A DNA stretch of 64,000 bases from an uncultured Acidobacteriota bacterium (GCA_963805695.1 CAWDVL010000001.1:52653-116652), one strand, 5' to 3'; positions 41,896-55,306 are shown, counted from the first letter of the stretch. Translations and numbers: made by a program. Notes: generated by a model not told the origin, from the sequence alone.

Positions 41896-43472
41896 TCACA
41901 AGTCCCTGTCAGACTTCGTCCTCGGTCTCTCCTTCTGGCGGGCCATGGGGTCGTTGTCGCGGTCGGTGACTTCGACGATCGCCGCCAGGCGCGCGGCAAG
42001 TTCCGGGGTCCAAGCGCCTTCGGGGGCGCGCCAGCTCCAGTTTCCGGAAGCGACGGAAGGTGTATTCATGCGCGATTCGGAGCCCAGTTCGAGCAGATCC
42101 TGCGCGGGCACGATCGCCAGTTGCGCCACACTGGCAGCAGTGGCGCGAATGAGCGGCCATACGGGGCTGGCGACGCCGTCGTTGGTTGGAATCGGTCCGA
42201 CGTAAGCCTCTGCCGCAGCGCGCACAATCTCGCCCGCCTGCTGCCACCAGCCCAGCGTGGTGTCGTTGTCGTGAGTGCCTGTGTAGGCGACAGTAGACGG
42301 CACGTATTGGTGCGGCAGGTGCAGGTGCGCGCCCTTGTCGCTGAAGCCGAACTGGATGACGCGCATGCCGGGCATGCCAAGATCGATGCGCAATTGATCC
42401 ACGGCCCTGGTGATCATGCCCAGGTCTTCGGCGACCAGCGGCAGGGGGCCGAGCTTTGCTTCGAGCGAGCGGAACAACTCGAGGCCCGGCGCCTTGATCC
42501 ATTTGCCGTTGATGGCGGTTTCCTCGTCGGCGGGAATGGACCAGTAGGACTCGAAACCGCGGAAGTGATCGAGGCGCACGATGTCGTAGAGCTGGCAGGA
42601 GCGCGCGATGCGCTGCACCCACCAGTCGAAGCCCTGGGCTTTGAGCACGTCCCAGCGGTAGAGCGGATTGCCCCAGCGCTGGCCGGTGGCGGAGAAGTAA
42701 TCCGGCGGGACTCCGGCGACGTGGATGGGCTGAAGCTCTTCATCCAGTTCGAAGATTTCCGGATGCATCCACACGTCGGACGAGTCCATGTTGACGAAGA
42801 TGGCGATGTCGCCGAGGATGCGAATCCCGGCTGCGCGCTGCGGCCTTGCGCAGGTCGCTCCATTGGCGGTCAAAGGCGAATTGAAGGACCTGTTCCAGCG
42901 CGAGAGCGCGAGCGTGCTTTTGCCTCGTCTCGGACATGGCATGTGGGTCGCGTTTGCGGATCGCCTCAGGCCATGCGGTCCATGCGCCGGTTTTGTATTC
43001 GCGGCGCAGGACGGCGTACATGGCGTAGTCGTTGAGCCAGTTGCCTTCAGCGGAGCAGAATTCGCCGAAGAGCTTCCAATGCTCGGCAAATCGGGGTTCG
43101 ACGCGCGCCGCGATCGAGGAAGCGGCCGGCGGCTTCATAAAGCAATGGGAGTTTGCGCTGTTCCACCTCTTCGAAATTGACGGGGCCGCCGCGGCCGGCG
43201 AGACCGGCGATGCGGTCGCCATCGATCCAGCCCCAGTCGGAGAGGAATTCCAGGCTGATGAGATAGGGATTTCCGGCGAATGCTGAAGAGCCGGCATATG
43301 GGGAGTTGCCATATCCGGTGGGACACAGCGGCAGCACCTGCCATACGTGCTGCTTGGCATCGGCGAGGAAGCCGAGAAAGTCATAGGCGGCGGGCCCAAG
43401 GTCGCCGATACCGCCATAGGAAGGCAGCGAACTGACGTGGAGGAGAACACCGGACGAGCGCTGGAAATCCAT
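41896..43472 (-). CDS. malQ: 4-alpha-glucanotransferase, frameshifted
   Basis: RSSGVLLHVSSLPS, GVPPDYFSATGQRWGNP, RLDHFRGF, AEDLG, YTGTHDNDT. Confidence 0.95.
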
Positions 43473-43544
43473 GGTCCTATTATCCGATGCAGATCGGGTC
43501 AGGAGTGGTGGATGGGGATTGGTGTGTACTCCCATGTCCACCCC

Positions 43545-43571
43545 GCCCGCGCAAAGCTTGCGCGGGCACCC
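43545..43571. repeat. REP-like family A variant (reverse)
   Basis: GCCCGCGCAA-AGC-TTGCGCGGGCACCC. Confidence 0.6.
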
Positions 43572-43643
43572 CAGGATTCGGTTGGCACGGCTACAATGTG
43601 GGTGACCAGAACATGAGATCTTTTGTGATCCGAGGACATTTCC

Positions 43644-46330
43644 GTGCTTAGACGAGTCGTGCTTATTATTTTTCGTTGCGCTGGTATCGATCTCAGCGGC
43701 GCCGCTTTTTTCCGCCACCCCAGCCAGTCTGCCCGCACCGGTGGTGCTGACAGCGGGATGGGAGTTACAGGATGTGGCCAAGGTCCCCGAGCCGGGGCGC
43801 GGTGGTCGCGTCTACTCACTTCAAGACGAAGAAGTGGTACTCCGCCACAGTGCCGGGAACCGTGTTGACGACGCTGGTCAACAACCACGTGTATCCCGAG
43901 CCGCTGTATGGCGAGAACAACCGGCCCGAGACCATTCCCGACAGCCTTTGCCGCACGTCGTATTGGTATCGGACGGAGGTGAAGATCCCGAAGGAGTACG
44001 CGGGCAAACACATCTGGCTCAACTTCGACGGGATCAACTACTCGTCGGCGGTGTGGGTGAACGGAACGCAGGTGGGCACCACGCGCGGAGCTTTCATCCG
44101 CGGCAGGTTCGACATTTCGGCGAATGTCACGCCGGGCAAGAAAGCCGTGATGGCGGTGCTGGTGGCGCCGCAGCCGCATCCCGGCGAACCGCACGAACAC
44201 ACGCTGCGCGCCGGCATGGGACAGAACGGCGGCATCACGGCCATCGACGGGCCGACATTTCTGTCGACCATCGGATGGGACTGGCTGCCCGCGATTCGCG
44301 ATCGCGACGCGGGCATCTGGCAGAAGGTGTATCTCTCGGCAACGGGGCCGGTGCTGGTGAAGGATCCGCTGGTGACGACCGATCTTCCGCTGCCGAGTAT
44401 TGATTCGTCCGATGTGGCAGTGCAGGCGACGGTCGAGAATGTGACCGACCAGCCGCAAAAGGGCGTGCTGAAGGGCACGATCGAAAACATCGCCTTCGAG
44501 CAGCCGGTGGAGATCGCCGCGCACAGTTCGCAGAAGGTGAGATTCGATGCGAAGACCACGCCGGCTCTGCACATGGAGCATCCGCGGCTGTGGTGGCCGA
44601 ATGGATACGGGCCGCAGAACTGTACACGCTGCACTTGAGCTTCGAGCAGGATGGCGCGGCTTCCGACGCGCAGGATGTGACGTTCGGCGTTCGCAAGATC
44701 ACTTACTCGCGTGCCCGGATTCGGAGAACCTGACGATTTCAGTCAATGGCGCGCGGGTGTTTATTCGCGGCGGCAACTGGGGTCTTGACGAAGGCCATGA
44801 AGCGCATTCCGCGCGAGCGGCTCGATGCGGAGATTCACATGCACCAGCTTGCGAATCTGAACCTGATTCGCAACTGGGTGGGTCAAAGCACGGGCGAGGA
44901 TTTCTACGAGCTGTGCGACAAGTACGGAATTCTGATCTGGGATGAGTTCTTCCAGCCCAATCCCAACGACGGGCCCGATCCGACCGATCTCGACACCTAC
45001 ATGGCCAACGTGCGCGACAAGATTCTGCGCTTATCGCAATCATCCGTCGATTGCGGTGTGGTGCGCGCGCAACGAGGGCTTTCCGCCCAAGGAGATCGAC
45101 GACCGGCTGCGCGTGCTGATGGCGGAACTGGAGCCGACGCGGCGCTATCAGCCGAGTTCGACTTCGGGCGCAGGAGTGCGCTCGCACGGGCCGTACAACT
45201 GGCGCACGCCGCGCGAGTTCTACAAGGTCACCGACGACTTCTTCAAGACCGAGACCGGCAGCATGTCGGTGCCCACGCTCGAATCCATTCACGGCATGAT
45301 GCCGAAGAAGGATTGGGAGACGATCACCGACGACTGGGCCGAGCATGATTTCGCCAAGGGCGCGCAGCATGGCAATGAATATCCGGCCATCGTGGCGAGC
45401 CGCTACGGCAAGATCGCGAACCTGGCCGACTTTGTGCGCAAGGCGCAGTTGATGAATTACGAGGCGTTCCGCGCCATGTACGAAGGGCGCAACGCGCAGC
45501 TGTTCCATCCGACCACGGCCATCATCACGTGGATGAGCCACCCCGCGCAGCCGAGCTTTGTGTGGCAGCTCTATCACTACGACATGGAGCCGAACTCCTC
45601 GCTGTTTGCGGTGCGCAGCGCGGGCGAGATGGTGCACATCCAGTTCAACGAGGCCACTGGCGAACTGCAGGTGATCAATAACCTGCCGGATGCATTCGAC
45701 GGCGGGATCGCGCACGTGACCATCTACAACCTGGATGGTTCGGTGGCGTACGAGCATGATTCGCCGGTGACGGCGCCGGCGGCGACCGCGATCAGCCTGG
45801 GACCGGTGCAGTTTCCCGCGACGCTTTCGAGCGTTCACTTCATCAAGGCCGACCTGCGCGATTCGACAGGCAAGCTGGTTTCGACAAACTTCTACTGGCG
45901 CGCGGCGCCGGAGCATCAGGACGATCTCACGGATCTGAACAAGCTGCCCACGGTGACGCTGGAATCGCAGCTTGCGCGCAAGGATGCGGACGGCAAGTGT
46001 GTTGTGACCGTTACGCTGAAGAACACGTCGAGCAACATCGCGCTCATGACGCACCTGCAACTGCGCCGGAAGAAGTCGGGCGAGCGCGTGCTGCCGGTGT
46101 TCTATGACAGCAACTATGTCTCGCTGGTTCCGAACGAGCAGCGGACCATCACGATGGAAGCTGACGAAAGCTCGCTCAATGGGGACGATGCGCTGGTGAT
46201 GGTGGATGGATGGAATGCTACGGTGGCGGCGGCCTCGGCAAAGGGCGTTGCGATTGCGCCGAACGGCGACGCGCAGCCAAGCCACTCGCCCGAAACTGGA
46301 CTGCCGTTCCAGACCGAGGGACTGCGATAG
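43644..46330 (+). CDS. Exported glycoside hydrolase family 2 (beta-mannosidase/exo-glucosaminidase-like), frameshifted
   Basis: ATVPGTVLTTLV, FDGINY, GWDWLPAIRDR, LWWPNGYG, FIRGGNW, RNHPS..VW..RNE. Confidence 0.88.
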
Positions 46331-46336
46331 AAAGCC

Positions 46337-46366
46337 GAAGGCCGCGGCTTGCAAGCCGCGGCCTTC
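46337..46366. terminator. Hairpin between convergent genes
   Basis: Near-perfect palindrome GAAGGCCGCGGCTTGCAAGCCGCGGCCTTC. Confidence 0.7.
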
Positions 46367-46385
46367 CTCTGCTCATTGAGTTGAG

Positions 46386-49300
46386 TTAGAAAATGAACTT
46401 TGCCGCGAGCTGCATGGAGCGGGCATTGTTCGAGAAAGTTGCCTTGGGATCGTTGAAGGTAGCCGTCCCAGGGATCAGGAAGTTGTGAGGATCGACGATG
46501 CGGTCGTACGTAGTCGAGTTGATGTTGTTGATCGCACCCGGAAGGTATTGGGAATGATTGAGCACATTCCAAATCTGTGCCTGGAATTCGAACTTGTAAC
46601 CGTTCCGTGAATGTTAATGCGCTTCAGGGCGGTGGCGTCGACGTCGTTGATGGGGCTGATGGGCAGCGTGTTGCGGCTGGCGTTGGGCAGTGTGGCGCCG
46701 ATATCCGGCGACAACATAGTAGGCGTTCGGATCGGTGGACGTAGTAACCAACCACATGCCGCATGTGGTTACGGGCGGTGTCGCTGGTGTTGGTGGTCGC
46801 AAGCATTGGGGTCGATAAGCTTTGACGAGCCGGAGCCGGTGCCCTTCTTGCCGTTGGGGTTGATGAAGGCACGATCGCCCGCGGAATCGCCATTGAGATT
46901 GGCATCAGTCGTTGCTCTGGACGGTGGCATACTCGGGCGACTGGTAGGTGTAGACCGGAGCGATTTCCCAGTTCCCCAGCAGGTTCCTCTCGAAGCCATG
47001 ACCCGTCTTGAAGAAGGGCATGTCGTAGACCACCGCAAATGTGAAGCGATGGGTGTGGTCGAGCGCGGACCGGGAATAATCGGAGGCGATGTTCCGGAAG
47101 TCCTGCGAACGGCGCGGGGTGAGAGTATGTAGAGTAGGCCGTGGCCGTGGCATCGTCCATGGTCTTGCTCCAGGTGTAGGCAGCGTTGAACAGCAGACCA
47201 TGCGCGAAGCGGCGCGTTCAACTGGGTTGCGAGGCCGTTGTAGTTGGACTCCGACAAAGGGCATCAATCCCAACGATACTCGTTGGTAAATCCTGCCGCG
47301 GTAATATGCAGGCACAAAGCTGAGGAACGTTCGCCTTAACCTGAGTCAGCGTCAGAGCATTGGGGTCTGTGATCGTGGTGGGCTGGAAGAAGAAAGGGAA
47401 GTGGTTCGCAGGCGTCGCGGAGCTCTGACGGTTGATGCGGTTTTGAGTCGGCAGATGGATGCCGCGGGTGCCGACATAACGAACTTCGGCCGTATAGTTC
47501 TGGGCAAATGTCCGCTCGACTCCGAGGCTCCAGTTCTCAGCGTAGGGCAGTTCTGATCCGGAACATAGGCGCTGGTCAACTTCCGCTGCGTCGCCAGATC
47601 CGGGATGGTTACAGTGGCCGGGAGACCGCCGCCCGCCATAAATCCTGGAACTCCCGCGGTCTCCACATTCTCAGTCACCTGGAATTGGGGTGCGGACGAC
47701 AAAATGCCAAGGTTGTCATACAACACGTCATATCCCATGCCGAAGCCGCCACGCACCACGGTCTTGGGGTCCACGGAATACGCAAATCCAAGGCGCGGGA
47801 ACGAAATTCAGCTTCTGCGACTTGGGCGAGTTAAAGGAAATAAGCCCGGGGACGCTGGCCGCGATGTTCGCCTTTTGCTCAATCTCTCCCGAGGGGAACG
47901 CCGGTGTATTCGTAGCGAACACCCAGGTTCAAGGTGAGCGCAGTGGGATATGCGGAAATCGTCATTGACGTACGCGTAGATCACCTGCTGGTTTCCATAG
48001 TAGGTGGGGCTGGCTCCGGGCGCGGTGGCATTGCGCTGACCTAACGTATCGGGCGACAAGTCCTGAGAGATAGCCTTCCAGCGTGGACCAATCGTAGTCG
48101 CCCCGCTGGCGTTGAACGAACAACTGCGGGGAGATGACGTCGCGGAATTCGAAGCCGGTCTTGAAGGTGTGCTTGTCTCTGCTCCAGATGATCGATTCCG
48201 AACCCTGATAGGTATTCTGAATCGTGCCCTGAGGCGCGTTGGGGTCAGGACCGATATTGACGCCATTCAGATCGTCGAATGGTCAGGTTGGGGAAAACGG
48301 TCATGCCCGGGAAAAGTTCCCGGCGCGGTGTATTCGTTGTAGAAGCGGTTATACCCCATGCGGAACTCGCTGGTTAGCGTGGGCGAGAAGGTATGGAATT
48401 CGGAAAAAGTGGCGAGGTGGAAACGGTTCGGCGACAAGCGCCCAGAAGCACTGGAAGGTGGCCGCGGTATCGGGGCCGGTCTGGCGATTGAACAGGTACC
48501 GGGCGCGAATGCTGTCCTTGTCGCTGATGGTGTAATCGACGGAGTTGATGGACCGGTGATTGTTGAGATACGTCCCTGAGCTCACGCCGACGTCGCCCAC
48601 CGGAATGTTCGGGATTTCATTTCCAGACTTGTCCAGGGCGCCATCTACGGCAATGGCAGAGCTGCAAATCGGATCGTCAGCGGGGGCCTGGGCTGCGGCG
48701 ACGGGGCTGTATTTCTTGATACACGGCGAAGATTCGTCGGCCGACAGCTTGGTATCGGCTGCAAGGGTGCGAAACCGGCAGCGGTCGGCGCGCAGAAGCT
48801 AGAAGTGCCGCCGGGCGCGCCGATAGGGCTCCTGTTCATAGTTGGCAAAGAAGAACAGCTTGTTCTTGATGATCGGGCCGCCCACCTGGCCGCCGAAGCG
48901 GTTGTCATCGTAGCGGGGCCGCTAGCCGGAGGCGCGAAACCATTACCGCGGTTGTCACGCGCCTGGGAAGCATCGACCGCGTTGTAGTTGCGATTCTGCG
49001 AGTACTCGTAGGCCAGTGCCGTGGAACTGGTTGGTGCCGCTCTTGATGATCTGGTTGAACTGACCGCCGTTGGAGTGCCCATATTCTGCCGAATACTGGT
49101 TCTGCAGCGCGGTGAACTGCGGATACCGCGTCGCTTGGCACATAAAGCAGTGGTCCCGGGACAGACTTGTCGTTGTTGTCGATTCCCTCAACCATGTAGT
49201 TGTTGTCGGTGGGCCGCTGGCCGCCGATGGAGGGTCCGGTGCCTTGTCCGACGCCGCCCGAAGACGCCACGCCGGCGGTCATCAGGGAGAGATTCAATAC

Positions 49301-49786
49301 GTTATTTGTAGCCGCGGGAAGCTCAGTAAGCTGCTGGCTCGTAAAGCTCGTTTCGAGCTGTGCGGTGGTGGTATCGAGCGCCACGCCGGCGGCCGAGACC
49401 TCAACCGTCTCGATGGTGGTCACCACCTTGAGCGTCACGTTCGCGGTGGAAATCTTGTTTAGTTCAACTGCGAACCCCTTGGTCACCGACTTGGAAAAGC
49501 CAGTAGCCGAAACGGCGATGTCATAGGTGCCCGGGGGCAGGTTGCCGAGGCGATATTCCCCTACGCCGTTGGTCGTCGCCGTATATGCGATCCCGGTGGC
49601 CACGTTTGTCGCCACAACGCTCGCTCGGACAATCACCGCCTTGTTGCTGTCCATGACTACGCCGGTGATGTCGCCGCTCACCGCTTGCGCCTTCGCGGTA
49701 TTTGGGGTGAGGATGCTGGTCGTCAGCCCCAACGTCATAGTCAAGCCCAGCAGCAGAGCTCCAAAGTGCTTTCGAGTAGGGATCAT
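46386..49786 (-). CDS. Oar-like TonB-dependent receptor, heavily frameshifted
   Basis: Signal peptide, carboxypeptidase-regulatory-like N-domain (G.Y...LPPGTY), IGGQRP..NNY..EG.DNN, KSGTN.FHG, C-terminal [11 protein letters not shown]. Confidence 0.88.
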
Positions 49787-49922
49787 AGGGTCTTTTTCCT
49801 TGTAGAAGGTCAAATTGTTCATTGAAGATGCAAAGGGTGTACACACCCAGCCGACCACGGACAGCCGGAAAGAGCGTGCAACCGGAACATCGTGATTTGA
49901 AAATCTGGATTGGCAAACTAGA

Positions 49923-49939
49923 TGCACTTCGGGGGCCAA
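49923..49939 (-). promoter_or_regulatory. Candidate sigma54 (-24/-12) promoter
   Basis: Minus strand TTGGCCCCCGAAGTGCA (GG-N10-GC). Confidence 0.45.
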
Positions 49940-50443
49940 ATTAGTAGCGGTATCAGACGACCGTGACCTTGGTCACATCTTGGGGACTGCCTCGGTCGGA
50001 CCCCAAGGCCAATTTCCCAATCGTCCCGCACAAGGCCCCCCGCTCAGAAGCCGAAAGTTTGCCCGGAGCCCTGCGCAGGCGGTGAGGGAAACGAGCTGCT
50101 TCCGGTCCCGGCGAGTCGGCATAACCTGAAGACAATTTTGGCTTTACCCCCCGGAACATCCGAGGCAAAGGGGCGATTCGAGGCTGACTTTCCCGGCTGG
50201 CCCGGGCCTTCCAAAATGCCCTTGTCGCAATCCGGGAGGGATTGGGTTGCCGAAACCTGGCACCCCTCAGCCGTGTGACAAACAGCCTGGCACCCCTTGT
50301 GAAACCTGCGAAGACAATGACGAAACGGACTCAGCATACAGTTTTCTGGAGGTTAATCCAGCAAACCATAAAAATGATTGATTTTCATCCCTCACTCAAG
50401 GTGCCTCGTCACTAACTCGCTGACAGCAGGAAGCCCATCTTTT

Positions 50444-50458
50444 TGGCATTCCGATTGC
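50444..50458 (+). promoter_or_regulatory. Candidate sigma54 (-24/-12) promoter
   Basis: TGGCATTCCGATTGC, near-consensus, about 55 bp before the TBDR ATG. Confidence 0.7.
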
Positions 50459-50512
50459 CCTTAGATAGGGGCAATTTCTTCACGTCTCTTCCCCAAAAGA
50501 GGTTCTTAAAAT

Positions 50513-53500
50513 ATGCGAAGGCTGTCCGTAGTTGCCGCCATGTTGTTCTTTGCCTTAATTACAACTCCGTTCCTGAAGGCGCAGGATGTTGCTTCGGTCA
50601 CCGGAGTCGTCACCGACTCCACGGGCGCGGTCATTCCCGGCGCCAGGGTCGTCCTGGTGAATACCGCCACAAACACCACCTACAGCGCGGAGACGAATGA
50701 GGTCGGATCCTACACCATCGTCCATGTCGCTCCCGGGCCGGGTTACCGGATGACCTTCTCGCACGACGGGTTCACTCCGTCGGTGGTCACCGATGTGTAC
50801 CTCAACGTGAACAGCACCCGTACCCAGAACGCCCGGCTGACTGTGGGCAGTACGATCGCAGACCGTGGAGGTGTCGGCGGCCAGCGAGACGATCACCCTG
50901 AATACCACCGACGCCACCATCGGCAACAACTACGAAGTGCAGATGGTGAACGAACTGCCCGATGCAGCTTCGCGATACTCCCGCGGCCCTGTTTCTCGAT
51001 CCAGCCGGGCGCAACCAGTGACGGAGCCATCACCGGCGCCCGCACCGACCAGAACAACGTGACGCTCGACGGCCTCGACGTGAACGATATGGCCACGGGA
51101 GAGTTCGGCATCGTAACGGCCAACGCACCGGTGGATTCGGTGCAGGAGCTGCGCGCCGTGACCGGCCAACCCGCTGGCCAGCGAAGGACAGGGCGGCGGC
51201 GGCCAATTCACCATGGTGACCAAGAGCGGCACCAACGATTTCCATGGAGCGCTGTTCGAATACCACCGCGACACCACCACCGAAGCCAACGACTGGTTCA
51301 ACAATAATGCGGGGGTGCCGCGGGCGCCGCTGATCCGCAACCAGTTCGGCGGAAACATGGGCGGCCCGATCCGCAAGAACAAGGCGTTCTTCTTCTTCGA
51401 GTACAACGGCCGCCGCGACAACCAGGGCGCGCAGCGTCGAGAGACGGTGCCCCTGGATGAATTCCGCAACGGCAATATCCAATACATCCTCAAGCAGGAT
51501 GCCGGCGGCAACGTCTGCACCGGAGCGAGCCGTGCGAATACCACCCCGCAATGCATCGGAATGATCGACTCTGCACAGGTGGCGGCGCTCGACCCGCAGG
51601 GAGATCGGCTTCGACCCGGCGTTGCTGGAGCTTCATCAACAAGCGCTATCCGCACGCCAACGACGTAACCGGCGGCGACGGCATCAATACCGGCGGCTTC
51701 CGGTTCAATGCGCCGGTGCTTCTGAAGGAGAACGACTATGTCGCCCGCGTCGACTACACCCTGAACAATTCCATGAAGCTGTGGGCGCGCGGCAGCGTGC
51801 AAAGCTCAGCGCGAGGGAGATGCCCACAATTTCCCGGCTCCCATCCAGTTTCCGGGCGACCCGATCACCCACTCCATCAACGACGCCAGCTACTCGTACG
51901 TGGTGGGACATAACTGGACCATCGGCGCCAACAAGACCAACCGGTTCTGCTACGGCGTGACCCGCTCGCGGCTGAACTTCCCCGACCGAATACAACCCCA
52001 CCGGAACGGTGCAATGGCGGAGCGGATTTGGCGGCAACGGCGTCGGGCGGATCCATCCTGAGCGACCCCTACGCCACCGCCGTCAACGCCCAGGTCCGCA
52101 ATAATCCCATTCCCGTGCTGCGCGACGATTTCAGCTGGCTCAAGGGAAAGCACACGCTTCCAGTTCGGCGGACTGTTCAAGTTCATCAAGACGTGGGAGA
52201 ACACTTATCTGAATTACGACTAGCCCAGCATCGGCCTGGGCGGCAACATGGCCTGCGCTCACCGCCAGCTTGAGGCCCGGCAACATCCGCACCGCGGGCA
52301 CCATCGCGTCGAATACCTATGACAGCGCCTTCGCGCTTGCCCTGGGCCGGTTCGCCGACATCAACAGCACCTATGACTACAACAACGCCGGCCAGGCTCT
52401 TCCGCAGGGCAGCGGCTCTAACCGGCAATATCGCTACTACGAGCTGGAGGCGTACTTCGGCGACACTTGGAAGGTGACTCCGGACCTCACTCTGTCCTAC
52501 GGTGTGCGTTATTCGTGGTACTCGGTGCCTTACGAAATGAACGGGCCAGGAATCGGTCCAGAACTTCACCTTCAATGACTACTTCAACAAGCGCCTGCAG
52601 CAGAGCGCAGCCGGGCTTTCGGGCGACACCACCCTGCCCTTCATTGCCTATATCGCTGGGCGGCAAGGCCAATCATGCGCCCGGCTACTACGACTCCGAA
52701 CCTGAAGAATTTCGCGCCCCGGCTGGCCTTTGCTTACAATCCCAGCTTCGCATAAGAAGAGCGTCATTTCGGGCGGGGTGGGCATCGTGTTCGACCACAC
52801 CGTGGTGAATGCGGTCCAGTTCCAGCAGGACCAGTACTCTTACCTGTTCCAGAGCAGCGCCAACCTTCCGTTTGGCGTTCCGTCGGACCCGGTCGGCTTC
52901 GCTGCAGAGCGATCCGCGGTTCACCTCCATCACCTCCATTCCCACGCCGCCCGCTGCGCCCGTCATCACCCACCCCTTACGAGCCCTTCGTGATGCGAAC
53001 GGGGTCCCGTTCGGGCTTGCCAACGGCCGGGCATTCAACGAAACCATCGATCCGAAGCTCAAAAACCCATACTCGATCGTCATCGACTTTGGCATCCAGC
53101 ATGAGTTTCCGCGCAATTACATCTTGAAGCTGAACTATGCGGGACGGCTGGGGCGCAGGCTTCTGGCGCAGGCCGATGCCAACCAGTTGATCGATTTCCC
53201 AGACAAGGCTTCCGGGCAGATGATGTCCACGGCCTTCGCCCATATCACCCAGGAAGTGAGGGCTGGAGCCGACACCACCAATCTCCCCGCTGAGCCGTGG
53301 TTTGAAAATATCGTGATTCCCGGCGTCGGCCAGGCCAATCGGCTACCCGAACAATACCTCGCTGCTGGCCGATAATGGCATCCTGAATCCGTATGGTGAG
53401 CCGGGGCGACTTCGGCGACTTCATCGAAGCGCTCTCCAACTTCGGAGTAATCGATTCCAACGTGGGCATGGGCTCGCAGTTCTCTGAGAACACCTTCTAC

Positions 53501-54312
53501 ACCAACAAGGGATTTTCGAATTACACGGGACTGCTGGCCACGCTGACACAAGAACCTCTCCGATGGCCTGCAGTTCGATCTCAACTACACCTACTCCCAC
53601 TCCATCGACAACGTTTCGCTGATTGCCAACATCGGCGGCCATCGGCGGCTATGGCTTCATCTGCGACGTGGTTCGCCCCACGGAGTGCGTTGGCGAACTC
53701 CGATTTCGACCAGAAGCACATCATCTACCGGCGACGCCGTGTACGATCTGCCCTTTGGTCGCGGCCGGACCTTTGGCGCCACCATGCCGTTCTGGGCCAA
53801 CGAGATCGTCGGGCGGCTGGACCATCAGCGCCCTTCCCAGCTGGCACTCGGGGACAGCCTTCACCACGGCCACGAGTGCGTTCGTGGCTGGTTATGCCAA
53901 CAACGCTCCCGCCATCCTGGTGGGAAGCAAGAGCTCCATCACTCCCCACGCTCACAAAACTTCCGGCGGACAGGTGAACTTGTTTGCCGATCCGGACAAA
54001 GCCACCAACGCATTCACCGGACCGGTCGGATTCCAGATCGGATCGCGCAACAGCCTGCGCGGGCCGAACTACGTGAACTTTGACATGGGACTGTCCAAGG
54101 ACTTCCCCATCCATGGCGACCGTGTCAAGCTGAAGTTCCGCGCCGACGCGTTCAACGCTTTCAACCACGCCAGCTTCGCCCTGCCGTCAACCGCCGCCGC
54201 GGATAACGACATCACTTCGGGGAACTTCGGCAACATATCCTCGGCCGTGGCGGGACCTGACGGCCTCACCAAGGCGCGCGTTCTGCAAGGAGCACTGCGG
54301 CTGGAGTTCTAA
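50513..54312 (+). CDS. Oar-like TonB-dependent receptor, heavily frameshifted
   Basis: Signal peptide; TGVVTDSTGAVIPGA, GARTDQNNVTLDG, TKSGTNDFHG, RNQFGG..GGPI, C-terminal RVLQGALRLEF*. Confidence 0.9.
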
Positions 54313-54356
54313 AAGCATTTATCAGTTGTCAGTTCTCAGTTCTTACGCTACTGACC

Positions 54357-54388
54357 AAAGGGCCCCGGCAGCGCCGGGGCTCTTCTTT
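54357..54388. terminator. Bidirectional intrinsic terminator
   Basis: AAAG-GGCCCCGGC-AGC-GCCGGGGCT-CTTCTTT between convergent genes. Confidence 0.75.
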
Positions 54389-54414
54389 GAGTGAAACCTG
54401 AAACCGTCACCGGC

Positions 54415-55278
54415 TCAGGCTTTCATGAAGTCCAGAGCGCGACTTAGATAACCCTTCAAATCGCGGCGATGGACAACCGCGTCGAGGAATCCCTTTTCAA
54501 GCAGAAACTCGGAACGCTGAAAGCCTTCAGGCAGCTTCTGGCGGATGGTCTGCTCGATGACGCGCGGGCCGGCGAAACCGATCAGCGCGCCAGGCTCGGC
54601 GATGTTCAGGTCGCCCAGCATCGCAAAGCTCGCCGTGACGCCGCCCGTGGTTGGATCGGTAAGCACGCAGATGTAGGGAACGCGGGCATCGTCGAGTTGC
54701 GCGAGCGCGGTCGAGATCTTGGCCATCTGCATCAGGCTCACGACCCCTTCCATCATGCGCGCACCGCCTGAAGCGGCGACCACGATGAGCGGCTTGCGGG
54801 CCAGCCGCGCCCGGTCGACTGCGCGTGCGATGGTCTCGCCGACTACCGAGCCCATGGAGCCGCCGATGAAGGCGTATTCCATGGCGCTGAGCACTACGTC
54901 ATGCGGCCCGAGCCGGCCCACGGCGTTGAGAATCGCGTCATCCAGACCGGTCTCTTCCTGGGCCTTGCGCAGGCGCTGCTTGTAGGGCTTGACGTCGTGG
55001 AAGTTCAGCGGGTCAGTGGAGCGAAGGCCGCGATCCACCAACTCGTAACCAGGTTCCAGCAGCATCTCGATGCGCTGCTGCGCATTCATCTTGAAGTGGT
55101 GCTGGCACTTCGGGCAGACGTTCAGATTGGCTTCGAGGTCGGGCTTGTAGATTGGCTGGCGGCAGCCGAGGCACTTGACCCAGAGACCCTCGGTGCGGAC
55201 TCGCCGCTCCCCGTCGCCCGGCTCCGGACTGACAGCTACCGATTCGTATTCGCCGTTCTCGCGCTTGAACCAGGACAT
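54415..55278 (-). CDS. accD: Acetyl-CoA carboxylase carboxyltransferase beta subunit
   Basis: GLWVKC..C...CPKC, GGSMGSVVGE, SGGARMMEG, PTTGGVTASF, GFAGPRVI. Confidence 0.97.
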   Translation of the reverse strand: MSWFKRENGEYESVAVSPEPGDGERRVRTEGLWVKCLGCRQPIYKPDLEANLNVCPKCQHHFKMNAQQRIEMLLEPGYELVDRGLRSTDPLNFHDVKPYKQRLRKAQEETGLDDAILNAVGRLGPHDVVLSAMEYAFIGGSMGSVVGETIARAVDRARLARKPLIVVAASGGARMMEGVVSLMQMAKISTALAQLDDARVPYICVLTDPTTGGVTASFAMLGDLNIAEPGALIGFAGPRVIEQTIRQKLPEGFQRSEFLLEKGFLDAVVHRRDLKGYLSRALDFMKA

Positions 55279-55306
55279 AAGGTCTTAGCCATTGTAATTG
55301 ACAGGT

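Noticed and set aside
3629-54312. Widespread frameshifts read as pseudogenisation or programmed frameshifting
   Set aside because: They hit housekeeping genes (purD, miaA, lpdA, malQ), look like single-base indels rather than nonsense substitutions, and cluster regionally (dense at 41.5-54 kb, none seen at 54.4-60.6 kb). This is best explained by long-read consensus errors; read polishing would confirm.
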